A stretch of DNA of 57,128 nucleotides, taken from an uncultured Clostridium sp. GTDB taxonomy: Bacteria; Bacillota; Clostridia; TANB77; CAG-508. How positions within the stretch are numbered: position 1 is the stretch's first letter; every line of letters begins with the position of its first letter. The stretch covers positions 1 to 57,128 of the forward strand of contig CAOJKK010000006.1 of the NCBI GenBank assembly GCA_948437895.1, written 5' to 3'. Under the pieces are notes generated by a model, which was given only the letters and a program-made list of their open reading frames with translations, was not told where the DNA came from and did not search any database. A program made the translations under genes and the position numbers. This document shows, one piece after another, positions 11,662 through 20,373 of this stretch.

Positions 11662-13018
11662 TGAGATAATTAGCTTTTTAGAAGAGAAAAAAATAGCAAT
11701 ATTAGGTTTCGGATTAGAAGGAAAATCAACATATAATTTTATAAGAAAATATTTACCTGAAAAAGAATTAGATGTTAGATATAACAAAGAAAATGAAGAA
11801 GAGGAAAAAGAGTACTTAAATAGAGACAAAAACTTATCGTTTATAACAGGAGATAGATATTTAGAAGGATTAGAAGAGTATGACATTATTTTAAAATCTC
11901 CAGGAATATCATTTAAGAATATAGATATATCAAAATTTAAAGATAAAATATTTTCGGAGTTAGAATTATTCCTAGAACATTCAAAATCATTTACTATTGG
12001 TATAACAGGAACAAAAGGGAAAAGCACTACAAGTTCATTGATTTATGAAATTTTAAAAAATCAAAATAAAGATGTAGAATTACTTGGTAATATTGGAACA
12101 CCAATTTTTGACGAAATAGATAAGATAAGGAAAGATACAATTACAGTATTAGAAATATCTTCACATGCACTTGAATATATAAAAAGATCTCCTAATATAT
12201 CAATACTACTAAATCTTTATGAAGAACATCTAGATCATTACAAATCATTTGAGGAATATGGAGATGCTAAATTTAATATATTTAAGTTTCAAAATAAAGA
12301 AGATATAGCAATATTTAATTTAGAAAATGAACAAATGAGGAAGAAGAACTATCCATATAAGAAAACAGATTATGGAATCACAATAAATAATATTGAAAAT
12401 AGAGTAACAGAAAATACTGTATACATAGAAGAAAATTATATATATTGTAATAATAAAAAGATATATAATACAAATGATGTTAGAAAACTGAAAGGAAATC
12501 ATAATTTGAATGATATTATGTTTGTACTTGCAGTTAATGATATATTAAAGCTTGATTTGAGTGAGACAATTAAAACAATAAATGAGTTTAACCCATTAGA
12601 ACATAGATTGGAATATGTAGGAACATACGCAAATGTCGATTACTATAACGATTCAATTGCAACAATTCCAGAGGCAACTATGGAATCTATAAAAGCATTA
12701 GAGAATGTAAATACTTTAATTGTAGGTGGAAATGATAGGGGAGTTAATCAAGAAGAGTTAATAGAGTTTTTAAAAGAAAGCAAAATAGAAAATATAGTAT
12801 GTCTTCCGAAAACAGGAGAATATATATATGAGGGATTGAGTAAAACCGATAAGAAATTGGTAAAAGCAGAAAATATGAAAGAAGCGGTAAGTATTGCAAA
12901 AAAACTAACAAAGAAGAACACAATATGCTTACTTTCACCAGCAGCATCAAGTTATGGATATTTTAAGAACTTTAAAGAACGTGGAAATTTATTTAAAGAA
13001 TTAGTAAAAAAAGATTAG
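11654..13018 (+). CDS. murD: UDP-MurNAc-L-Ala--glutamate ligase (MurD; probably L-Glu-adding MurD2 type)
   Basis: ITGTKGKSTT, GNIG, HRLE, YNDSIAT, LLSPAASS...FKERG. Confidence 0.9.
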   Translation: MIDEIISFLEEKKIAILGFGLEGKSTYNFIRKYLPEKELDVRYNKENEEEEKEYLNRDKNLSFITGDRYLEGLEEYDIILKSPGISFKNIDISKFKDKIFSELELFLEHSKSFTIGITGTKGKSTTSSLIYEILKNQNKDVELLGNIGTPIFDEIDKIRKDTITVLEISSHALEYIKRSPNISILLNLYEEHLDHYKSFEEYGDAKFNIFKFQNKEDIAIFNLENEQMRKKNYPYKKTDYGITINNIENRVTENTVYIEENYIYCNNKKIYNTNDVRKLKGNHNLNDIMFVLAVNDILKLDLSETIKTINEFNPLEHRLEYVGTYANVDYYNDSIATIPEATMESIKALENVNTLIVGGNDRGVNQEELIEFLKESKIENIVCLPKTGEYIYEGLSKTDKKLVKAENMKEAVSIAKKLTKKNTICLLSPAASSYGYFKNFKERGNLFKELVKKD

Positions 13019-13086
13019 GAAACGAAAAGGGACAGACCCCAATCGTATCAAATTTGATACGATTGGGGTCTGTCCCTTTTCGTTTC
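13019..13086. repeat. 68-bp perfect palindrome (REP-like) between convergent genes
   Basis: GAAACGAAAAGGGACAGACCCCAATCGTATCAAA followed directly by its exact reverse complement. Confidence 0.9.
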
Positions 13087-13089
13087 AGT

Positions 13090-13338
13090 TTAATTACTTG
13101 CACTAAATTTTTGTTTAGCTGCATCTATTTTTTGCTGTTCAGCAGTTTCAGTTTTATACCAACCTTTTTCAGACATTAAGTTATATATTTTATTTTGAAT
13201 ATTTAAAGATTCATTTAATGCTTCTTTAAAAGCACAGTGTACTTCAGCTGTTGTAGATTCAATTGAACCATGTAAATATAAGTCACAAACACCTTTAATG
13301 ATTAATAATTCTCTTTCCATTATATCTTTATCTTCCAT
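13090..13338 (-). CDS. Spore coat protein, Coat F-like
   Basis: 82 aa, DKDIM...E...Q.KIYNLMSEKGWY pattern; GGGGGG RBS. Confidence 0.8.
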   Translation of the reverse strand: MEDKDIMERELLIIKGVCDLYLHGSIESTTAEVHCAFKEALNESLNIQNKIYNLMSEKGWYKTETAEQQKIDAAKQKFSASN

Positions 13339-13350
13339 TGTTTTCCCCCC

Positions 13351-13524
13351 TTATAATAGATTTAAAAATTTGTTAAATAATTCTGTGTGTTTTTGTTCTA
13401 ATTGTTTTAAATAATCTGCAAGAGTTTGATCTTGTAATTGTGAAGAAGAGTTTTTGCTACATTTTTTCATAAATTCTTCATGACCTAATGCATCTTCAAC
13501 ATATAAAAGTTCTTTACTTGTCAT
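13351..13524 (-). CDS. Small spore-coat-associated protein
   Basis: MTSKELLYVEDALGHE...; GGTGG RBS; directly upstream of the CotF-like gene. Confidence 0.7.
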   Translation of the reverse strand: MTSKELLYVEDALGHEEFMKKCSKNSSSQLQDQTLADYLKQLEQKHTELFNKFLNLL

Positions 13525-13656
13525 ATAAATCACCACCTATAGATAATATTTCCAATTGAAGTAATAAGTATACCAATTTATATAAATTATTTATAAATAT
13601 AGACATTACAGATAAAATGATATATTATATATACATAATATAGTAGGAGAAGAAAT

Positions 13657-15489
13657 ATGAGAAATAATGCTATAGCAAGAATTGTATCAGAAGCAAAAAA
13701 CAATAGAAAAAGATATTCTGAAGAAGATATAACAAAGATGCAAAGCGATATAAATTTAGTTGCAAAATGTTATAAACAAGTATTATCACAATATTCTGAG
13801 TTATCTGAAGATGAATTAAGAAAAATAGTTATATATGATTTAATAGATTCTAATAATGAGTATACAAAGAAGGCAAATACTAAAGGAACCCTATTTCAAT
13901 TAGAAGGAATTGATTATCTTTTAAAAAATAGAGATATTTTAGAAAATATATATGAAAAGATAAAAGATAATGTGAATACAGAAAAAACAGACGACTTGAT
14001 ATACAATTCTGACTTAAGCAGATCATGTGAGAATTTAGTTAAACAAGCAATTTCAGAATTAGAAGGAATGAAAAAAGACTTAGATGATGAATCTAAAGAG
14101 TTTTTAATAAAATATGAAAAAATGAATAAAGTAGAAAGAGAAAGGGTAGAGAAAAGATATTCTAAACAAGAATTAAAAAGAGTTAAACAGACTATACCTA
14201 TGTATATAGGAGGTTATACAGATAGAATATTTGAATACTTAAAAACATTAAAACAGTACGTAGAAGAAGATATAAGAGAACAACAATATAGTATTATGGC
14301 ATATATTGGAGAGGCGTTAGATCAATTTGGGCTATTAGATAGATACTTGAAAATTCATAATAATCAAATTAGAAGAGCGACAGGAATTGATTTGGAATAT
14401 AAACTTTCAAAAGACGATCAAAAGGAATTTGGAGTAAAAGAACTGTTTACAAAGGAATTTTTGTCAGATCAAAGTTTAGAGGATCTATTAACATATAGTA
14501 TGTTCTGGCAAAATAGATATTCTAAAGCTTATAGCATAATTGGTCAAGGTATATATGCTATAGATACTTTAGGGCTATGGAGTGATATATCAAAAGGAAA
14601 ATATGAATTTAATATAGATAGAGATCAATTAGAAGGATTACTAAAAAAAGAGACTGCTTTGAAAGAGTTATCAAAACATATAATGTCAAATTTAAGAGAA
14701 AATGCAAAATTGGCTAAACCTACAGAAATGGTAGATGATAATTGTGTTGCCATATTTACAGATGATGTTATTGAAAAATATAATAAACAAGAAGGGGAAA
14801 ATTATCAAAATACATTTGATACGGTTCTTTCTTCATCAAAAAACTATTTTACAAGAGATATAGAAATGTATAATATATTAACAACTCAGATTATGAATAC
14901 ATATAGAATGAAAGATGGAATGATGGCATATAAGATAAGATCTCTATTTGATAGTAAAAAAACAAAAAACTGGGGAATAACTTTAAATGAGATAAAAGAT
15001 GGAAAAGAGAGCAATCCATTTGAAAATAATTCTAAGAATGTATTAATAGGAATTGATTATGAAGGGATTAATATGCCTTTAAGACTACATATATCAAAAG
15101 ACTTATTAATAAAATTAGTTAACTCATATAATGGAAAAACAATAATTCCAGTATATGAAGGAGCACAAGACTTTGTTAATAATGGAGAGGTATTAACAAC
15201 AAATATTTTAATGCCGATTTCTAAAAGATATGGAAAGTTAATAAGTGAAGCAGTAAATAAAAACGAAGGAGATAGTAGAAATAATGATTTATTAGAACAT
15301 CTTTTGTTTCTAAAAAATGCAGATAAGTATCCTAGACATTTAAAGAATAAAGTTATAACCAAAAAAGGAATAGTATATGAGAGACCAGCTAGAAAATATG
15401 TTAATTTATTATCAGGTGAAGAATATAATTTGAATGGACAAACATATATAAAAGTAGAAGAGGGAAGAAGAGATGAAATTTCAAAATAG
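13657..15489 (+). CDS. Hypothetical protein (610 aa)
   Basis: Long ORF with AGGAG RBS; no recognisable motif. Confidence 0.8.
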   Translation: MRNNAIARIVSEAKNNRKRYSEEDITKMQSDINLVAKCYKQVLSQYSELSEDELRKIVIYDLIDSNNEYTKKANTKGTLFQLEGIDYLLKNRDILENIYEKIKDNVNTEKTDDLIYNSDLSRSCENLVKQAISELEGMKKDLDDESKEFLIKYEKMNKVERERVEKRYSKQELKRVKQTIPMYIGGYTDRIFEYLKTLKQYVEEDIREQQYSIMAYIGEALDQFGLLDRYLKIHNNQIRRATGIDLEYKLSKDDQKEFGVKELFTKEFLSDQSLEDLLTYSMFWQNRYSKAYSIIGQGIYAIDTLGLWSDISKGKYEFNIDRDQLEGLLKKETALKELSKHIMSNLRENAKLAKPTEMVDDNCVAIFTDDVIEKYNKQEGENYQNTFDTVLSSSKNYFTRDIEMYNILTTQIMNTYRMKDGMMAYKIRSLFDSKKTKNWGITLNEIKDGKESNPFENNSKNVLIGIDYEGINMPLRLHISKDLLIKLVNSYNGKTIIPVYEGAQDFVNNGEVLTTNILMPISKRYGKLISEAVNKNEGDSRNNDLLEHLLFLKNADKYPRHLKNKVITKKGIVYERPARKYVNLLSGEEYNLNGQTYIKVEEGRRDEISK

Positions 15490-15769
15490 TGCAAATAAAT
15501 TTAAAGAGTATTTAAGTCAAAAGAAGTATAATAAATGCATAGAAATAATAGAAGAAAAGATAATTACACACATTGTTAATTTAATACAAGAAAAAGATAA
15601 AACATATAAATATACAAACATTATAGATTTAATGAACGATAGTGAATTTTATCTAGAAGATGAAAACAAATATATTGCTCAAAAGGTATACAGTTTTTCA
15701 ATGGAAAAAGTAGATATAAATAGATTAGAACTATTATTAGAAATATGTGAGACATATAATATAATATAA
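15473..15769 (+). CDS. Hypothetical protein
   Basis: 98 aa ORF overlapping the upstream stop, followed by a bidirectional terminator. Confidence 0.6.
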   Translation: MKFQNSANKFKEYLSQKKYNKCIEIIEEKIITHIVNLIQEKDKTYKYTNIIDLMNDSEFYLEDENKYIAQKVYSFSMEKVDINRLELLLEICETYNII

Positions 15770-15795
15770 AAATAAGGGAGTTATTCCCTTATTTT

Positions 15796-16293
15796 TTATT
15801 TATTTAAAAAAGTTTTTTCAACATAAAGTTTATTTGCAAAAGATTGAACAGTGTATTTTAATAAATATCTTTCTTCTGTCATTTCATCTTCATATATAAA
15901 TTCCTTTTTCTTAAATGTAGCATCAATACATTTTTCTACTACTATGCAAAATTTGTTATACGATACCTCAATCCCAGAAGTTTCTAAAGCTAACTTAATT
16001 AATGCATTTATATCATTTATACTATAAACTTGTTTTAAAATACATATTACTATTAATCTAGCTATATGAGTTTTGTTGTATTTTTTATTAATAGGTGGTT
16101 TCAATATACCATGTTTAACATAGTTATTAATCATTGTTTTGGTTATAACTTTATCTTCTTTATCATCATCTTTTAAACAAATCAGATTTTTTAAGTAGTC
16201 CTCTAAAAGTGTAACTACTTGGTCTAAATACAAATCTATATTAGGTAATTCTTCCCATCTTGGAATACGGAAATCTGAAATATTACTACTCAT
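15796..16293 (-). CDS. DUF1836-family putative transcriptional regulator
   Basis: PRWEELPNIDLYLDQV and TKTMINNYVK motifs; ATG 16293 after GGAGG. Confidence 0.85.
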   Translation of the reverse strand: MSSNISDFRIPRWEELPNIDLYLDQVVTLLEDYLKNLICLKDDDKEDKVITKTMINNYVKHGILKPPINKKYNKTHIARLIVICILKQVYSINDINALIKLALETSGIEVSYNKFCIVVEKCIDATFKKKEFIYEDEMTEERYLLKYTVQSFANKLYVEKTFLNK

Positions 16294-16357
16294 TTGATAC
16301 CTCCGAAATTTAAACATTATAAATATTTTATCATTTAAATAGAATATAGTCAACTTA

Positions 16358-16403
16358 TTGACATATTATTATTAATGTGATAATCTAGTATTCGATACTA
16401 GAT
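16358..16403 (+). promoter_or_regulatory. SigA-type promoter with overlapping palindromic operator candidate
   Basis: TTGACA at 16358; ATCTAGTAT-tcg-ATACTAGAT inverted repeat at 16383-16403 over the -10/start region. Confidence 0.55.
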
Positions 16404-16420
16404 AAATAGAGGAGGAACTA

Positions 16421-18133
16421 ATGAAAACATATAATAAAATTTATGAATCAAAACAATTTAAAAATATAAGGGAGATAATAGACAATTCAGTAGATTTGTA
16501 TCCAAATAATACAGCATTTATAATCAAACAAAAAGAAGGAAAAGAAGTAAAATATAAAAATATAACATATAAAGAATTCAAAGATCAGAGCAATTATTTT
16601 GGAACAGCATTAATAGATTTAGGATTAAAAGATAAAAGAGTAGCTATTATAGGTAAAAACAGATATGAATGGGCACTTACATATTTTACAGTACTAAGTG
16701 GAGTCGGAATAACTGTACCATTAGATAAAGGGTTAAAAGAAGAGGAAATAATATCATGTTTAGTAAGAAGTAAAGCAGATAGCATAGTATTTGAAAAAGA
16801 GTATTTAGACATTATGAAAAAGGCAAAAGAAGATAAAAATGTAAAAATCAAAGAATATATTTGTATGGATGATATAGAAGAAGTTGGAATAACAAAATTA
16901 AGTGATTTATTGGGAAAAGGAAAAGAAACTTTAGAAAAAGGAAATAAAGAATATTTAGAAGCAAAAATAGATGAAGAAAAAATGGCTACAATAATATTTA
17001 CATCAGGTACTACATCTATGTCTAAAGCAGTAATATTATCACATAAAAATATAGCATCAAATATTACTAATTTGGGCTATGTAGAAAAAGTTTATGATAC
17101 AGATGTAAATATGGCATTTTTGCCATTTCATCATACTTTTGGATCTACAGGACTTTTGTTTTTCTTATCCAATGGAGCAACAAATGTATTTTGTGATGGA
17201 TTAAGATATATACAAAACAATCTAAAGGAATACAAAGTTTCTGTATTTGTTTGTGTACCATTATTATTAGAAGCAATGTATAAAAAAATAATGGCACAGG
17301 TTGAAAAGCAAGGTAAAACAAAAGTTATAAAATTTGGAGTAGCTTTAAGCAAGTTTTTACTTAAATTTGGTATTGATATAAGGAGAAAACTATTTAAACA
17401 GATTATAGATAATCTAGGTGGAAACCTAAGATTTATAGTTAGTGGTGCATCTGCAATAGATAAAAATGTAGCAGAAGGATTTAATAATTTTGGTATTCTT
17501 ACAGTTCAAGGATATGGATTAACAGAAACATCACCAGTACTTACAGCTGAAAATAAGAAATCTATGAGAATAGGTTCTGTTGGTATACCAATGTATAATG
17601 TAGAAGTAAAAATAGATAATCCTAATGAAGATGGAATAGGAGAAATAATAGCAAGGGGACCAAATGTAATGCTAGGTTATTATGAAAATGAGGAAGCTAC
17701 AAATGAAGTACTTAAAAACGGATGGTTCTATACAGGAGATTTGGGATATATTGATAAAGATGGATTTGTATTTATAACAGGAAGAAAGAAAAATGTTATT
17801 GTATTAAAAAATGGAAAAAACATATTCCCAGAAGAACTAGAAGCGTTAATTACAACACTTCCTTATGCCCAAGAAAATATGGTATTTGGAAAACCGAAAG
17901 ATGACGATTTATTGTTATCAGTAAAAGTAGTATATAATGAAGACTATGTAAAAGAAAAATATCCTAATATGGATGAAGAAGAGTTAAAAGAAATTATTTG
18001 GAATGATATAAAAGAAATAAATAAAAAATTACCAAACTATAAACATATAAAGAATTTGATTATAACAAATGAACCAATGATAAAAACAACTACAGCAAAG
18101 ATTAAAAGATTTGAGGAAGAAAAAAGACTATAA
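16421..18133 (+). CDS. Long-chain fatty acid--CoA ligase (AMP-binding)
   Basis: IIFTSGTT, QGYGLTETSP, GWFYTGDLG, ITGRKKN. Confidence 0.92.
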   Translation: MKTYNKIYESKQFKNIREIIDNSVDLYPNNTAFIIKQKEGKEVKYKNITYKEFKDQSNYFGTALIDLGLKDKRVAIIGKNRYEWALTYFTVLSGVGITVPLDKGLKEEEIISCLVRSKADSIVFEKEYLDIMKKAKEDKNVKIKEYICMDDIEEVGITKLSDLLGKGKETLEKGNKEYLEAKIDEEKMATIIFTSGTTSMSKAVILSHKNIASNITNLGYVEKVYDTDVNMAFLPFHHTFGSTGLLFFLSNGATNVFCDGLRYIQNNLKEYKVSVFVCVPLLLEAMYKKIMAQVEKQGKTKVIKFGVALSKFLLKFGIDIRRKLFKQIIDNLGGNLRFIVSGASAIDKNVAEGFNNFGILTVQGYGLTETSPVLTAENKKSMRIGSVGIPMYNVEVKIDNPNEDGIGEIIARGPNVMLGYYENEEATNEVLKNGWFYTGDLGYIDKDGFVFITGRKKNVIVLKNGKNIFPEELEALITTLPYAQENMVFGKPKDDDLLLSVKVVYNEDYVKEKYPNMDEEELKEIIWNDIKEINKKLPNYKHIKNLIITNEPMIKTTTAKIKRFEEEKRL

Positions 18134-18231
18134 GATATTGCAAAACTAATATTAAAGATGTAAAATGCATAAGTAAACAAAGCTTATGCATTTTTAGTTA
18201 TATAATAAAATAATATTAAAGGAGAGTAACA

Positions 18232-19036
18232 ATGGAATATAATGAAGCGATTAATTATATAAAAGAAAGATTGGGAGATAAAACACCTGAAACAGTAATT
18301 GTATTAGGGTCAGGACTAGGAGTTTTAAAAGATGACATACAAAACAAAATAGTAATAGCATATAAAGACATACCAGGTTTTCCTGTATCTACTGTACCAG
18401 GTCACGCAGGAGAACTAATAATAGGAGAAGTATCTGGAAAAATAATTATTGCAATGAACCGGTAGATTTCACTATTATGAGGGATATGATATTAAACAAA
18501 CTGTATTTCCAATAAGAGTTTTTGCTCTATTAGGAGTAAAAAATATAATACTTACAAATGCAGCAGGTGGAATAAACTTGGAATATAAACCTGGTGATTT
18601 CATGGTTATAAATGACCACTTAAGTTTCTTTGCAGAATCTGTATTAAGAGGTAAAAACGAAGATGAATTTGGTGTTCGTTTCCCAGATATGTCAGAAGTA
18701 TATAATAGAGAAGAAATTGAAAGAATGAAAAAAATAATAGAAAAACATGCAGGAGTAGCAAGAGAGGGAGTATATGCATATATGAAAGGACCTTGTTTTG
18801 AGACACCAGCAGAAATAAGAGCACTTAGAACTTTAGGGGCAGACGCTGTAGGTATGTCTACAGTTCCAGAAGCAATAGTTGCAAAACATTCAGGGATGAG
18901 AGTAGTTGCAGTTTCTTGTATTACAAACATGGCAGCAGGAGTAACTGATAACAAATTATCACATGAAGAAGTAAATGAAACAGCAAACAGAGTAAAAGGA
19001 CAATTTAAAGAGATAATAAAGGAATATTTGAAATAA
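18232..19036 (+). CDS. punA: Purine-nucleoside phosphorylase, trimeric type (one +1 site at 18460; about 267 aa)
   Basis: VLGSGLG, STVPGHAG, restored MNGRFHYYEG, LTNAAGG, GPCFET, VGMSTVPE. Confidence 0.92.
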
Positions 19037-19200
19037 TAAAAGTGTGTAAAAGGTAGGAAAACTAGAAAAATTCCTACCCTTTACTTTTATGTGAAACAAT
19101 GATAAAATAAAAGTAAGTAAAGGTATAAGCCTAGGTCAGTTACTTATATTCTTTATAATAAAGAATAACCCTCCAAAAATAAAACAAAGGAGGAAAAGCA

Positions 19201-19395
19201 ATGCCAAAATATGAATATTTGCATTGCCCTGTCAATGAAGAAAAACAAGGTCATCTTGCATTCTGGATTGTAAAAGAAAGCAGATTGAAAACTTTAAATG
19301 ATCTTGGCGAAGAAGGTTGGGAACTGGTAACGATATTTAATCAATCATACAATACCAATATAAGACAGGCAATATTTAAAAGAGAAAAAAAGTAG
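19201..19395 (+). CDS. Small DUF4177-like protein
   Basis: KYEY...LNDLGEEGWELV...IFKR pattern; GGAGG RBS; own terminator. Confidence 0.7.
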   Translation: MPKYEYLHCPVNEEKQGHLAFWIVKESRLKTLNDLGEEGWELVTIFNQSYNTNIRQAIFKREKK

Positions 19396-19501
19396 CATTG
19401 CATTAAGAACACTTCTTAAAAGGAGTGTTCTTTTGTTTGAGTATGAATAATTAATAAGATAGAGCATAAAATTAAGTAATCATACTTTAGGGGGATAATA
19501 T

Positions 19502-20278
19502 ATGTTTTTTGTATATAACAAAGATAAAATAATATCAGTTGCAGTTGCTCTAAGTACAGTTTTAGTACTATTTTTACTTGCAGCAACATTTAAACAAGAT
19601 AATTTAAATAATACTATTCAAACATCTGCAGGAAACACTAAAATGCTTCCAGTATATAGTGTTGATACAGAGGAGAACAAAGTTGCAATTACAATTAATT
19701 GCGCATGGAATGCAGATGATATAGATTTAATATTGGAAACTCTTTCAAATAATGAAGTGAAAGCTACATTTTTCATGGTAGGAGATTGGATATCTAAGTT
19801 TCCAGATGCAGTAAAAAAAATACATGAAAGTGGAAATGAAATAGCAAATCACTCAGAATCACATGCACATGTAAATAATTTAAATCATGAAAAGAATATA
19901 GAACAGATTACAAAATGTTCAGATAGAATAAAAGGATTGACAGGTAATCCTACAACGCTGTATAGAGGACCATATGGAGAATATAACAACACTGTAGTAA
20001 AAGCAGCAAAAGATAGTAATCATATAATGATACAGTGGAATATAGATACTTTAGATTATAACGGATTAACAGGGGAACAAATGTGGCAAAGAATTGAACC
20101 AAAGCTAGAAAAAGGTAGTATTATTTTAATGCATAATGGAACAGAAAATACAGCACTTAGTCTAGATATGATAATTAAAAATATAAAAGAAAAAGGATAT
20201 GAGCCAGTAACTGTGTCAGAATTAATATATAAAGATAATTATACAATTGACAATAATGGGGTACAACACAGACAATAA
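19502..20278 (+). CDS. Polysaccharide deacetylase (PdaB-like, sporulation)
   Basis: KATFFMVG, EIANHSESH, YRGPYGEY, WNIDTLD, IILMHN; N-terminal anchor. Confidence 0.88.
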   Translation: MFFVYNKDKIISVAVALSTVLVLFLLAATFKQDNLNNTIQTSAGNTKMLPVYSVDTEENKVAITINCAWNADDIDLILETLSNNEVKATFFMVGDWISKFPDAVKKIHESGNEIANHSESHAHVNNLNHEKNIEQITKCSDRIKGLTGNPTTLYRGPYGEYNNTVVKAAKDSNHIMIQWNIDTLDYNGLTGEQMWQRIEPKLEKGSIILMHNGTENTALSLDMIIKNIKEKGYEPVTVSELIYKDNYTIDNNGVQHRQ

Positions 20279-20373
20279 AAAATTAGTGCTTTCTATGTGA
20301 GCACTAATTTTTTTGTAATATTTATCTTGTCCATGAATACAATTTATTAATAATATACAAAGGAGAGATATGT

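Noticed and set aside
16294-16353. Apparent in-frame CGG in the DUF1836 ORF extension
   Set aside because: It is part of the Shine-Dalgarno (CGGAGG) upstream of the true ATG at 16293
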